From NCBI RefSeq assembly GCF_009834535.1, contig NC_045697.1, forward strand, positions 8,620,001 through 8,684,000: a stretch of 64,000 bases of DNA. Reading direction: 5' to 3'. Position 1 is the first letter of the stretch, and each line of letters begins with the position of its first letter. The stretch comes from Camelus ferus (lineage: Eukaryota). The notes beneath the pieces are model-generated. The model made no database searches and had not been told where the DNA came from. It saw only the letters and a program-made list of their open reading frames with translations. A program made the position numbers and the translations under genes. Shown here piece by piece: positions 12,676-26,035 of this stretch.

Positions 12676-14403
12676 CTGTCAATTCCATACAACATAAACA
12701 ACATGAAGAAGAGAAAAAAAGGAAAGAAAGAAAAAATGGAAAGTATATTCAATAACTGAAAATAGAAGGGAACACCAAAAGAGAAAAAGAAATATACACA
12801 TAAATTTAAACATGTCACAAAAGAAACAGCAGAATATATGCATATAAAAGGAAAGAAAATGAACAAAGGTCCAACTGTTTACAATTCTAATTATTGAAAT
12901 AGACATGTCTACTGAACCTCCCAGACAAGCTATGAGTTCTATTTCTAGTATCACGATTACAAACAATGCCCAGTATTTCAGAGGACAACAAAGAATTATG
13001 GGGCCTCTCCATGCTAAAGTGCAGTAAAAGTATTAATTCAACTTCCTTCAACAAACATTACTGAGGATCCACAATGTGCCAGTTACTCTACACAGGGAAT
13101 GCATGGGTGAATTACACAGAATTTGTTCATCAATTCTGTGGAGCTACCGGGAAGAGAGCATGTACCCAGCTAACTGTCACACGAGATAAGTGCTTCACCA
13201 GGAGGCTTATAACATGTTGTGGGAACAAAGAGGAAAGAGTGGTTAATTTTCTTTGAAGATGGGGAGAGGACGCAGAAATCAGAGAAAGCTATATGTCATT
13301 TACAATTTTTACATTTAATAGTATTTATTACTTGTCAAAGATTTTCCTTTGATTCTCACTCCTCCTCCCCTCACAACCCTAACTTCCATGCTTCCAAATT
13401 CCATATAGAAATAAACAAGTTCAAAATACACTTCTCTGTCATTAAAAAAAAATCCTGACACACAATATTTAAGCACAACAGCTGTTGTTTTCAAATATCT
13501 AAGAGATTTGCTAAATAAAGGAATCAAAGTTAGGGTTTTTTATTGCTATAACCCTTAAGATGAAAAGACTACATATGACAAATATGGTAGAGATAACATG
13601 CTCCCCAAATTTTTTACACTTGAAACTATTCTCACTTTTTAAAATAATTTCAAATATTTTATTTCAGAAATACCTTCTTTCATAATAGCATCTACTAATT
13701 AGAAGAGAGAGAAAAACGTTAATCAGGCTGCTGCTTGGGATAATGTTTATAAAGCTTGGATAAACAAATGAGGGTAGAGGACAGGACGCTGCAGTGAGTG
13801 AGCCTTGGACGGGCTCTGCTCCAGTTCTCTGGCAGGCAGCATTAACTTCTGGACAAGGCTCATGATTTACTGGGCACTCAGCCTGATGCTATCAACAGAA
13901 GCATTACCAACTGCCACGTGAGGTATGAGGGGGTACGTCAGTGAAACTCTGAACACCATCATCTGGCCTCCCCCAAACCTAATTGTTTCATGCCAAACTA
14001 TGGATTACAATAAAGAGAAAGGATTTTCATAATCAGTAAGCAACTCATTAATCCTCCAAAATGATGGTTTAAACCCTGTCCTATAAACACAACCAGGTTA
14101 CTGACCTGTGGTCAAGACATTTTGGTCGAAGTATTGACTAACATAAATGACTTGGATTTTCATCAAGTTAATGAAGAACTAACAAGGCAACATCTTTCTT
14201 GGGGGCCTTGGCTGTTTGACATAAAGCTTTGTACAAAGTTTCTGAACTGGATGCCAGAACCAAAGCTCTGCAGATTCAAATCTTTGCTTTCGATGAGTTA
14301 AAAAGCATAATTTCCATGCTACAAGCTTCATGGTAGGTGATTTCACAGCAGTTGGCTTACTTACAAGTCATTCATTCATTGATGTTTTCAGAGAAAATGC
14401 TAC

Positions 14404-14484
14404 CTACAAAACACCAACTTTGGAGCCACAAAGTCAATTATATTCTCTGCTACTAGTCAATCAAGTGAAAATAATGAAGTGGCC
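14404..14484 (-). pseudogene. RAB28: Degenerate homologue of the human RAB28 isoform-3 alternative exon
   Basis: Minus strand reads GGC CAC TTC ATT ATT TTC ACT TGA (GHFIIFT*) and later AGA GAA (RE), after a pyrimidine tract. This resembles the recalled human isoform-3 tail GHFIIFISSTNRE*. The donor site is uncertain. Confidence 0.6.
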
Positions 14485-15248
14485 TTAAGAGAAGGGAGCT
14501 GTGTGATTCAGCACCAGATTAACTCTTACTCTTAAAGAGAATCTACAAGTGGATACCAGAAATGGAAGTGGTAGCTATCCACAAGGGTAAGCAAGAAGTC
14601 AGCCTCGGAGTTGAGATCGTAAGGTAGTAAGTAGTAGAGATGCTTGGGAAGACACTAAAGATAAATCTGGTCAAGTCTGCAACTGTATCTTAATCCAACA
14701 GTAGCATGTTTACCATTGCAAAAGTCATAGTTTTGTCATGCTCAGGGTATGTAGCAAACATAGTTTGACGGACTTTGATGGCTAAAACACCTGTCACTAT
14801 CATTCGTTCAAAGCAAACCACTATTTTACATATTGAAGACATTCAGATAAATAACGTATAATCCCTGTTTTTGAGATGCATAAGAGTCTAGCATGGAAAA
14901 CAGTTGTGTAAACTATTAAAGAATATTATGATACAAATTTAAGGTGCAACAAAATTATAGATTACCATTTAAAGCACTGCTATAGCATTTTTAAAAGCAT
15001 GGTACTTTGCACACAGTAGGAGCTTAAAGAAAGCCACTCTCCTCTTTCTTCTGTATAATGCACCATTATACGCTACCAGTAACATTCACAACTTTGGGCA
15101 AGTTACTTCACCCCCTTGGTCTTCAAAATATCCTTATCTATAAGACACAAGGTTTTTCTGCAAGGTCTCTAAGATTCCATCTGGTTTTGAAATTATATGA
15201 AAAAATAAATTTAAAAAGTGAATAGAAAAAGGAAAAAATGGACTATGA

Positions 15249-16632
15249 TTTGACATGGGTCTTAGTAACATTTTTTTGGAACTGTCTCCTCCTCAGGCAA
15301 GGGAAGTGAAAGCAAAATAAACAAATGGGGCCTAATCAGACTTAAAATTTTGTAGATATTGACAGGCATATGCAGAATAGATAAACAAGATTATACTGTA
15401 TAGCACAGGGAAATATATACAAGATCTTGTGGTAGCTCACAGCAAAAAAAAAAAAAAGTGACAATGAATATATGTATATTCACGTATAACAGAAAAATTG
15501 TGCTCTACCCTGGAATTTGACACAACATTGTAAAACGACTATAACTTAATAAAAAAAATGTTAAAAAAAAAAGCTTATGCAGAGTGAAGGCAATCATCAA
15601 AAAAATGAAAAGGCCTCCTACTGAATGGGAGAAGCTATTTGCAAATGATAAGTCTGATAAAGGGTTAATATCAAAAATAAATAAAGAACTCATACAACTC
15701 AATATCAAAAAATCAAACAGATTTAAAAATGGGCAAAAGAGACCTGAGTAGACATTTTTCCACAAAAGACATACTGATACCCAACAGATACATGAAAAGA
15801 TGCTCAACACTGCTAATCATCAAGAATATGCAAATCAAACCACAATGAGATATAACCTCACACCTGTCAGAATGACTATTGTCAAAAAGACAAGAAATGA
15901 CAAGTGTGGGCAAGGATGTGGAGAAAAGGGAACACTTGTGCACTGCTGGTGGGAATGTAAACTCATGCAGCCACTATGGAGAATAGTATGGAGGTTCCCC
16001 AAAAAACTAAAAATAGAACTACCACATGATCCAGCAATTCTACTCCTGGGTATATAGCTAAAGAAAACAAAAACACTAATTTGAAAAGATACATGCACCC
16101 CAATGTTCAAAGCAGTATTATTTACAATAACCAAGCTATGGAAGTCACCTAAGTGTCCATCAACAGATGAATGGATAAAGAAGATGTGATATATACATAT
16201 ATACACAGTGGAATATTACTCAGTCATAAAAAGAATGAAATTTTGCCATTTGTAACAACATGGATGAACCTGGAGGTTATTATGTTTAGTGAAGTAAGTC
16301 AGACAGAGAAAAACAAATATTGTATGTTTTCACTCTCGTGTAGAATCTAAAAAATAAACTAATATAACAAAACAGAAACAGACTCACAGATATGGAGAAC
16401 AAACTAATGGTTACCAGTGGGGAGAGGGAAGAGGGAAGGGAAAAGACAGGGGAAGGGGATTAAGAGGTACAAACTACTAGGTATAAAATAAGTAAAATAC
16501 AAGGATGTAACGTACAACACAGGGGATATGGCCAATTTTTAAAATAAGTTTATATGGATAATCTGTAAACATATCGAATCACTATGTTGTATACCTGAAA
16601 CCAATGTTTTTTTTAACTTCAGTTAAAAAAAA
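15249..16632 (+). mobile_element. 5'-truncated L1 (ORF2 C-terminus plus 3'UTR), interrupted by a younger L1 tail
   Basis: ORF2 relics ([30 protein letters not shown]) and an A-tail near 16625. Confidence 0.92.
15348..15572 (+). mobile_element. Young lineage-specific L1 3'UTR tail nested in an older L1
   Basis: Shares gaatagataaacaagattatactgtatagcacagggaaat with the copies at 33932 and 40066. It splits the host sequence cttaaaa|gctt. Confidence 0.85.
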
Positions 16633-16916
16633 GAGAAACTAATGCATACCTATTTCAAACCAAACAAAGTCATAGCTTATTAACTGGCCAGTGAAAATGT
16701 CAAAGCTTAAAAATGTATTAAGAACTCTTAACGCCAGGTATATAGGACAAACCCTCCTTGCAATTCAGACTGAAAGAGATAAGACATAGAACTATGCATT
16801 TTCTTTTTAGATTATTTAATGTATTATTAAAGAGCTGAATGCTGGAGTTCCTCAGAGAATAGCACTTCTAAATTTATTTCTTCTAAAGGTTTGACTCCTT
16901 TGTAAACAAAACATCT

Positions 16917-17015
16917 GGGATGGAGTAATAGCCCAGTTGGCAGAGAGCACGCTGCACGAGGTGCCTGGTTTGATCCCCAGTAAAAGAAAGAAAGAAAGGA
17001 AGAAAGGAAGAAAGA
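16917..17015 (+). mobile_element. Degenerate tRNA-derived SINE (vic-1-like) with GAAA-rich tail
   Basis: A-box-like tagcccagttgg and B-box-like ggtttgatccc, followed by (gaaa)n. Confidence 0.65.
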
Positions 17016-17757
17016 GAAATGAGAAAATCTCAACAGTCTGGGAAACTTGGACATTTGTTAACAACTAGTCCCAACTTTCACACTATCAGAGGAGCGTAGG
17101 TGGGGACAGAAAAGAGGTGAATAGATAAATGACGCAAATAAAACCACTAACTAATTGAGAACTGTAAAAAAAAAAAAAAAGGCATCAGAGCATACTTAAC
17201 TGTTTAAATATCTGCCTGCCCTCATGTATTCTGGGAGCTCCTTGAGGACAAGGAATTTAACTTAGTCATCTCTGTATCACCAGATTTTAGTGTCCTGGCA
17301 CAAAGTAAACCCTCAAAAAATGTCTGCTGTATTAATAAACTGCATTCCCTTTCTTTTCTCCCTCTTCCCTTCCTTGCAAAACTTGTAGTGTGTTGATAGC
17401 TCATTTTATATGACTCTCAAACAGGAACAATCTAGGTTAGAACTAAAATAGCAAAATCTCTTTAAATAATCAGTGAATGGAACCAAGACTAAAACCTTAT
17501 TATAAATATTTATGTCACAAATGAAGTTACTATAGTGTCTATTTCTATGTGACTGGTGAGTCTACAATCTAGCTCCTTCTGTATAAAGTAATACAAAACA
17601 CTTTCAAATGTGACACCAAATTCCCTCAGGAGCCCCTCAAATGACATAAAAATCACAGAAAACAGGTGTACACACTCTCTCTCCCTCCCTTTCCTCCCTA
17701 CTCCCCCACCACATTCTGTATATATAAAATCTGAACTTCTTTGCTTTTAAATGAACT

Positions 17758-18680
17758 TTCAGAAGATATCAAATAGCCAACAGGTACATGAAGAGGTGCT
17801 CAACATCACTAATCATCAAATTAAAATTACAATGAGACATCACTTCACACCTGTTAGAATGGCTGTCATCAAGAATATAAGAGATAAGTGTTGGAAATGA
17901 TGTGGAGCAAAGGAAACCCTCGTGCACTGCTGGTGGAAATGTAAATTTGTGCAGCCACTGTGGAAAACAGTATGGAATTTCCTCAAAAAGTTAAAAATAG
18001 AATTACCACATCATCTAGCAATTACATTTCTGGGTATTTATCCAAAGAAAATGAAACAATAAATCAAAAAGACATATGCACCCCCAAGTTCACTGTAGCA
18101 TTATTTACAATATACAAGATATGGAAACAACCTAAGTGTCCAGTGACAGGTGAATGAATAAAGAAAACGTGGGGGTAAGTATATATACAGTGTAATATTA
18201 TTCAGGCATGAGAAAGGAGGACATCTTGCTATTTGTGAAAAAATGGATGGACTTGGAGCACATTGTGTTAAATGAGATAAGTCAGACAGAGAAAGTATGA
18301 TATTACTTAGATGTGGAATTTTAAAAAGCCAAATTTGTAAAAACATAGAATAAAATGGTGGTTCCCAGAGGATGGGGAGATAAGACAAATGTTGTTTAAG
18401 AGTACAAACTTACAATGATTAGTAAATAAGCCCTAGAAATATAATGCACAGTACAATGATTATAGATAGTAATATTGTTTTATAACCATCAAACTTGCTA
18501 AGAGATTAGAACTTACTTATTCTAACTACTAAAAAGGATAATTATGTAATGTAATAGAGGTGCTAATTATTGCCACAATGACAATCATATTACAATATAT
18601 AGCCGTATCAAATTAACATGTTATATACCTCTTAGATTTATACAGTGTTATACATCAAATATCATTTCAATAAAAAATAA
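17758..18680 (+). mobile_element. 5'-truncated L1 (L1MA-like) 3' end
   Basis: ORF2 relic (ICTPKFTVALFTIYKIWKQPKCP), 3'UTR and caataaaaa end. Confidence 0.9.
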
Positions 18681-19814
18681 CACTGTGCTCAACACACAGT
18701 AAGTACCTTCCTATAAATGAATCTTTTTTAAAAAAATCAACTTTAAAAAAATGTTTCCACTGAGAAATGGTAAATGTGAGATAAATAATTCAACTGTCAA
18801 AGGCACCAAATTCACTAGTTTTGGGAATGGAGACTGAAGTTCCCACACACAAAGGATTCTGATGAACATAATACAGGAAGGTTCTAGTAGCTTGAATTCA
18901 TCCTTTAATGAATGAATTCAAAGTAAACACCAAGAAACTGAAGACTGAATTAAACCTCACAGCATAATAAACAAGACGGGGTGCACTAACAAACAAGGAG
19001 GGGTGCACAGGGAGGGTAGAGAGCTATGCAGTTAACACATCTGATACTGCTTTAGTTAAAACATGCTTAGGTGTCAAGTCCATCTCTAAAGTCTAAACAG
19101 TAAGTTTCTGGCTCTTATGACCTAGAGCGAGCTAAAAATATTAGTAAAACTTCTCTAAAATTCTGCCTTTCAAAAGTATCTGCGTCAGTCCACCTCTCTG
19201 GAGTTACCCTGAACCCGAGCACGCCGTGGAGCTCCGATGGCAGCCTGTGTTGCACCAGCACACCCTCCCCTCTAGGGAGGGATCACCAATCATTGCGTCT
19301 CCCCCTTTTTCAGCTCCACTAGGAGAGAAATCTCAATGTGATCTTGGACTTCTCCCTTCTATCCAGTCATTCCACAAGTCTTACTGATTCTTCTTTGAAA
19401 TGTCTCTCTTACATTCATTCTTTCCTTCGACTCGGATTTTGGTCCTTATCACATGAGGGCAGTAACCCAATCTCTTTGCTTCAATCTCTTTCTCATCCAT
19501 TCACACACAAAAAAATCCCATTAGATTAATCCTACCTAAAATCTGCTTTCATTTATTTCCCTGCTTAAAAAATTATTTCCCACTGTCAATATGTGAGATA
19601 AAATTTATCAACTTGGCATTTGTAAACCTCCATAATCTTTTCTGAAATTCCCTTCACACTGTAACATAAATGGTCATTTATTTAACCAAACTGCTCTTCT
19701 GTTTCCAAAATACAAACTAAGCTTTTCAGCTTGTTCATACCAACTTCTTTTTCAATTCCCCACTCCAAATCCTCAGTAAATCTTCCCCCAATATGGAAGA
19801 CTGAAAATACTAGG

Positions 19815-20002
19815 CACACTGCCGTCCGATAGGCCTGAGTTCAAATCCTGGCTCCACCACTGCCTAACCATAGATTCGCAGATCAAGTTACTTAACCTCT
19901 CCACAGTTTCAGTTTCCTAACCTTAAAGTGATGAACTGCCACCTGCCCCACAGAGTTATTATGAGGATTAAATGAGATAACACAGTGCCTGGCACATAAT
20001 AC
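19815..20002 (+). mobile_element. MIR SINE
   Basis: Contains ctgagttcaaatcctggctccaccac, caagttacttaacctctc and tgaggattaaatgagataa. Confidence 0.8.
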
Positions 20003-21388
20003 ATTACTTTTCCTCACTAAAGGCAGGGACTGCATCTTAAACTCTTTTAATTTCCTCTGGATCCACCACTAAACCACATTTGTAATACATGATCAATAAA
20101 TCATTTGTGACTGTTTGACAATCATTCATGGACTATCTGATTAACCAGGGACAAACATCATTTAGAAAATGAAGCTAAAAATCAGAGGAATCACTCGACC
20201 TCTGCGGCCTGCCAAGTTCTGTGCAATCAAGCAAATCACGGTGATTTCTCTTTCTTGTATCCATTCTCCTAGACCAAAACCAAGTAACTATTTTTGTGTC
20301 TGGGAGCAATTTATATGGCATAAATATCTGAACATTGTGCCTAGCCATAGTAAGTGCTGAAATAAACATTTTTTGTATAATGAGAAATAACAAGTTGCAG
20401 ATTTCCAGAGTTCCAAATATTTTAATGAAGTCCTAGAAATAGCCACAGCAGCGTAACAATTTTCAATTGCTATTTTCTCAAATTGTTATAAACCACCCCC
20501 CCCCACACACACAGAGTGACCATGAAAATAAGACACAGAACTAACTCCAAAAGAAGTAAAGAAAAATTTAAGGATGGGGAAATATCATTATACCTTTTTA
20601 GCTGCAAGGAGCAGGAACGCAGTGGAAGGGATTGAGGAAAAATGTAATTTATTTGTTGCTTCTAAGCAAATCACTTCCGAAGCTTAACCTTATAGGCTTT
20701 TGTTCTGAGTTTCGTTCAATCAAATGTGAATTGGCTAGTGTAGTAGTATTTTTAAATGCTTGATCATTGGTATTCACGTTTATTTCTTAGTTAAGAGAAC
20801 TGTCTAGGAATAGTAAAAGAATTCGGAAATCCTCAATAATTAATACCATTATTAAATTAACAATAAAATAATAAATATCATTAATTACTATTAAAATCAG
20901 TATCATTACAGTGGAGGATGTTTTAGAGAGGAACAGAGAACAAGACTTTAGAAAAAATAATGTTTTACCAAAGCAAACATGGAAGATGCCAAATGGAGTA
21001 AATTCTTACTAATTAAGATAAACTTTGATAAATAGTTGGGATTTGATATGAAATACAAAAAGAATATTGTACAGTAATCTAGGAAGAAGAACTTAATGAA
21101 GTACAAAACAATATGGTCAGTATCTTAACTCATTATATAACCACTGATGAAATTTTTATTATAGTAATCTAATTTCTTCCAACACAAAGGACAAAATGCA
21201 GTTTCAAGGGTATCATAATTTGGCAAAAGTTAACATCCTCCATCTTCTGCACAAACCATAATTCACACACACAATCTATTTCTAGGGCTTTTTGGAATAT
21301 GTACATAAATGTGAAAGGATTCAGGGTGAAAATTAATGTCATTTAAGAAATAAATTATTTTTTTAAATATAAAGTTCAATATAATCAC

Positions 21389-21466
21389 CTGTGACTGTTC
21401 TATTTCTGCTTTGTTTAACTTGATTCCAAGGATTTCAGCAGCAACTTTCTGAAAACACAGGAAGAC
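21389..21466 (-). CDS. RAB28: RAB28 coding exon (exon 6 equivalent, 78 bp)
   Basis: Acceptor tgtag|GTC and donor CAG|gtgatt, phase 0/0. Encodes [26 protein letters not shown], in frame with the previous exon. Confidence 0.97.
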
Positions 21467-22324
21467 CTACATAACAAAAATAGGTTTAAATGATTTAAAA
21501 CAGGCATGCTTAAGTTACTTTCAAGTAAATTGAACTTTCTAAAAAATGATAAACAGCAAGAACTGCAAAACTATGATGTACCAGGTTATTCCAAAAATAG
21601 CTTTGTCAAATACTGCAACATTTTAAGTGTAATAATTTTTCTAAATGATTAAACCGTAATTTGGAAATTCATACAATTCACTGAACTGGTTTAAACATAC
21701 ACAAATCACTCTTTTAAATATTTAACATAAGATAATTAATTACAGATACCACATTTTAAAAAAACTATTAGCATAACAAACTCCCGTAAGTCCTGAAGAA
21801 AATGAGGGTCAAGCAGTCTGTACCACCTGTATGAAGTCCTCACTGGCAGTTCTACACTGGCCTTTTGATCTGGCATTAGCTTTATCTTAAAAGGTCTTAC
21901 TTTCTAACCTTTCAATCCTCTCTTTGTGCTTCTCACCAATTTTAATAAATTCTCCGTATCTCTTGAGCAAAACAACTTAGTAATCTTTACTGTATTTTAT
22001 CAAACAGAAAAGGAGCAGTATACTCCATTATCATTAAACAAAAACCTACAAAGACTTTTCTATAAACAGCCTTTCGTACATAGGAGGTTTATGCTGGGTC
22101 CACTATGACTCCTAGAGCTCCACTCCAGTCACTGACTGCTACACATAACTTGTCTTTGCTTCTAAGTGTCCTATCATATTCTTATCCCTACTTATGATTA
22201 CTTACTGAATATTTATTGCAACTATACTAATTTAATTTTGATTTCTAATCAAAAAGAGATACATGTCCTCGAAAGGCTTACATCATTTCTACCCCAAAGA
22301 GCATTATATAGTATAGTTCACTGA

Positions 22325-24390
22325 TGGTCAATGTTCAAGGAGAAACAGGAAAGTTAGTGTGGTGGAATGGAGAGAAAGAAGATTGTAAAAGAAAATTACC
22401 AAAGAGAATAAGAGTGTACAAATCACGTAAGTAAGATCTGATAGGCTACTGGAAGGACTCTGACTTTTTCTCTGAGTAAAGTGGAGGGTGGTTTGATGTG
22501 ACTTCTATTTTTAACAAGGTCGACCTGGTTGCTGTATTTAGTTTTCACTTCAGAAATCAAGGTACAAAAAGAGAAAACAGCAAGGATACTAATGTAAGAG
22601 ATGATGGAGGCTTGGAACAAAGTGGTAGCAGTGGAGATGGTAAGAAATAGTCACTAGATTATGGATATATTTTGAAAGTAGAACCAACAGGACTTGGTAA
22701 TAGATAGATGTAGTGTGTGAAAGAAAGAGAGGAGTCAAGGATGACTCCAGAATTTTCTTGGCTTTAGCAACTGGTAGAAGATCTGCCATTCCTGAAGTGG
22801 GGAAGATTGTGAGAGATTTGAGGGGAGAATATCAAGAGTTCAGGACCTGAATTAAACCGGAACTACCAATTAGACATATAAGCAAAGGTGCTGGGGTACA
22901 CGAGTGTGGAGTTCAGGGAAGAGGTCTGGTCAAGGCCATGAGACTAGACGAGTTCACTAAAGGAATGAGATTTTAAAAAAAGATACCCAAGAACCGAGCC
23001 CTAGAGCACTCCAATATTTAGAAGACAGAAGGATAAGAAGGAATCTGCAGAGGGGACCAAGAGAGCAGTCTGCAAGGCAGGAGGTAAGCCAGGAGGGGTG
23101 GTATCCTGGAAGCTGACTGAAGAAAATATTTCAAAGTGGAGAGAGTGATCAACTATTTTATATGCTGCAGCTAAGTCAAGTAAGATGAGGACTAAGAACT
23201 GACCACTAAATTTAACAAAAAGGAGGTCACTGGTAACCTTAATAGGAGCATTTTGGGTGAAACACGGGACCAAATTCTGACTGGAACTGTTGAAGAGAAG
23301 TTGGGAGGAGAGAACTGGAGACAACTCTTTCAAAATATTCCACTGGTAAGTGGCAGAAGAAAGAATAGCTAAAGATGTGGGATCAAGGGTTTTCTTGTAT
23401 TTAAGATAAGAGAAGTCATAATATTTTGTATACTGATAGAATAACCTGGGAGACAAAAAAAGACGCAGGATAGAGTGAGAACTGCTAAGCGATGTTTGCT
23501 ACTAGGCAATGAGAAATGGGACTAATGCACAACGGAGGAAATGACTAGGAGCACAGACAGCGCACCCCATAGTAACCGCAGAGAAGACAGAAGATACAGA
23601 TGTGGGGTGGGAAGGAGAGCTGGGGTAGATGTGGTGGCAGAAGTATGTGAAAGTCGATTTCTGTTTGTCAAATTTCTTATAAAATAAAGAACGAGGGCGT
23701 CAGCTGAGAGAATGGACGAGGAAGTTTTGAAGATTTGAGGAGAGAAGAGAAGCTATGAAATAGCCATCTGGGTGAGGGAGAGAGATAGTGGGATATGGAC
23801 ACTTACTGAGCAGCACTAGGGCCCACTTGAAGTGACTGACTGTGAACTTTAAGTGAAACCTCCACCATGCCTCTGTTTTCTCTGATCACGTTCAAACCCA
23901 TGAATGCAGCCACATAAAGGTGGGGGCTTGGTTTAAGGCAGCCCAATGAGTCAGATAACGTGAACGAGGGGAAAGGGAACTGACAGGATGTGCTTGGCTG
24001 GCCATGACATTTAAGTTAGGAAGAGAGGAAAATGAGGACATGAAAGGAAATTAGGGACACTGAAAAAGTGTTAGGATCAGTGTCTTGTAGGTCCTGCACG
24101 GGTTGCAGACTGACTGGGTTAGGGCACTCAAGGTTGTGAGCTGGAAAGACAGAAGGTGGTCAGCGATTAGGATGCGTGATATGCAATATGAGGTAACAGA
24201 AAGGCTGCGGTGTTTTGTAAAGACAATGCACGGGAGTGAGTGGCTGAGGTGGGGTGGAGAACAGACAAAGATGCCAAATCACTAAGAATTATGACAAAGG
24301 TAGTATCAGGGAAAGCATAGTAAGCCAGAAACTCAGCTTCTCAAGCAACAAAGGGAAGTAACCTGGGAATGGAGATGACTAAAAGCCTCA
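22325..24390 (-). mobile_element. Long L2 LINE fragment
   Basis: Typical antisense L2 sequence (ggagtcaaggatgactcc, ggaggtcactggtaacctt). The 151-aa ORF at 23001-23456 (-) contains a degenerate L2 RT segment (LILLDLAAAYKIVDHSL). Confidence 0.85.
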
Positions 24391-24719
24391 AAGTGATTTC
24401 ACAAGAACAAACCATCTCAAAGTTACACTTAACAAGAAAACAATAAGAATTTTTAAAGGTGGTTCAACATAAGTACACAAAAAATATTAAATGGTTAAAC
24501 ACAAGCTAAAATACTGAAAGGTAACATAATTCCAAAATGACAGAAGACCCCTAGGAAGATACGTGCGGGTGAAAGCCCAGTCCATGGGTGGACTTACCAA
24601 GGAGTACTGATGTTATTATTTTTTTAATGACATGTACGGGTATGTGCCCGTGTCTGCACCACCCTGGGGGAAAGCGCTCCAAGAGGTCACATTTTTAAAT
24701 GTTAGACCCCCCAAAAGAT

Positions 24720-25840
24720 TAAATACCCTTATATTACTTAGTATTTATCCCAAGCATAAAAACCATCAAGGACATCATAAAGGAAAAACACCAGAAAGAT
24801 TAAACCACAGAAAAAAAAATACAAACTTCCTTTGGTTGAAAATGCCAAGAAAATTAAGTCAAATAAAAATCTGGGCAGTGGAGAGTATCTGCAAAAATTA
24901 TGACAAATGGCTGTTATCCCCACCTTAAAAATGGTCACAGAAAACTTTAAAAAGCAATAGAAAATTATAAACACACAATAAGCAGAAAATTAATAAGTAA
25001 TAAAAAATTTTAAATTTCCACTTCAGTAGCAGTCAAAGAAATTCAAATTTACATAGCCAAAAAAAATTAGTTTTTCCTACCAAATGGACAAAGATTTAAG
25101 AATAAATAAATCCTGAATGTTAAAAAAGAGTACAGTGATACGGTGCTCACACAATGCTGGTGGTGATATAAATTAACTTAGGCTTTCTGGCAGTAATTTA
25201 TCAATAGGTTTCAATTATCTTTCAAGGAGTCTATTCCAAAGAAAAAATCAAAACATCAAAAATTATGGACAAAATTTTACATTAAAATTTTGCAAAATTT
25301 AACAACATCCCGAACTTGGAAGTAATCTACATGCCCAACAATAGGTACCTGGTTGAATAAATTTTTGAACATTTATTTAATGATTTCTTAAATCTAATGG
25401 ATTATTAAATCTATTTAGTAATATTAAGTGACATGATAAAATTTTCTACAGATAAATACATTAAAAAGTAAAACACAACCTTATTTCTATATTATAACCT
25501 CAATTTTGTTAAATAAATATTTAACATGGTTAATATGGTGAGCCCTAGATTGTCAATCCTTAGGTTTACAAATCCTACCTCCACCCTTATTCTGTGTACC
25601 CTGGACCCCTACTACATAACCTCTCTAAGACTATTCTATAAAACAGAGAGAATCACAGTAGTACAGTGCCCATCACAAAGTACGCACACAGTAAATGCAG
25701 TCCCTTGACAGTAGGACTAGTATTTGTGAGCATCAGAAAAATAAGACTGGAAGGAATCATATGAGGTCATCTCCGAATGCTGGAGATTATGAATGGTTTA
25801 TATTCTTTTTGACTTTCATATTTTTTTAATTCCTTAAAAT
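24720..25840 (+). mobile_element. Highly decayed L1ME-like fragments with an inserted MIR (about 25540-25700)
   Basis: Patchy similarity to the L1 ORF2 3' end and 3'UTR. Confidence 0.45.
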
Positions 25841-26035
25841 AACCGTGAAATTATGTTAAATGAATTACAAGAGAAATACAAACAGAATACCCATGCTATA
25901 TCTAACCTAACATATTTCATGTCTTCATAGGAATTAACTTGTTCCAAAAGTTAAGTAATAGAAGTATACTTCCTATGAATATTAGTATATAAAAGTAAAA
26001 CAATTGTAATATTCAGTATTCATTATTTTACTTAC

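Noticed and set aside
12654..12966. Phe/Leu-rich, membrane-protein-like minus ORFs
   Set aside because: They are by-products of the U-rich intronic tract upstream of the cassette exon.
12900..12975. Alternative location for the isoform-3 exon (GGGCATTGTTTG)
   Set aside because: It has no AG acceptor and only a 2-aa match; 14461-14484 fits much better.
23001..23456. Longest ORF in the window (151 aa)
   Set aside because: It lies in a decayed L2 and carries only a degenerate RT remnant.
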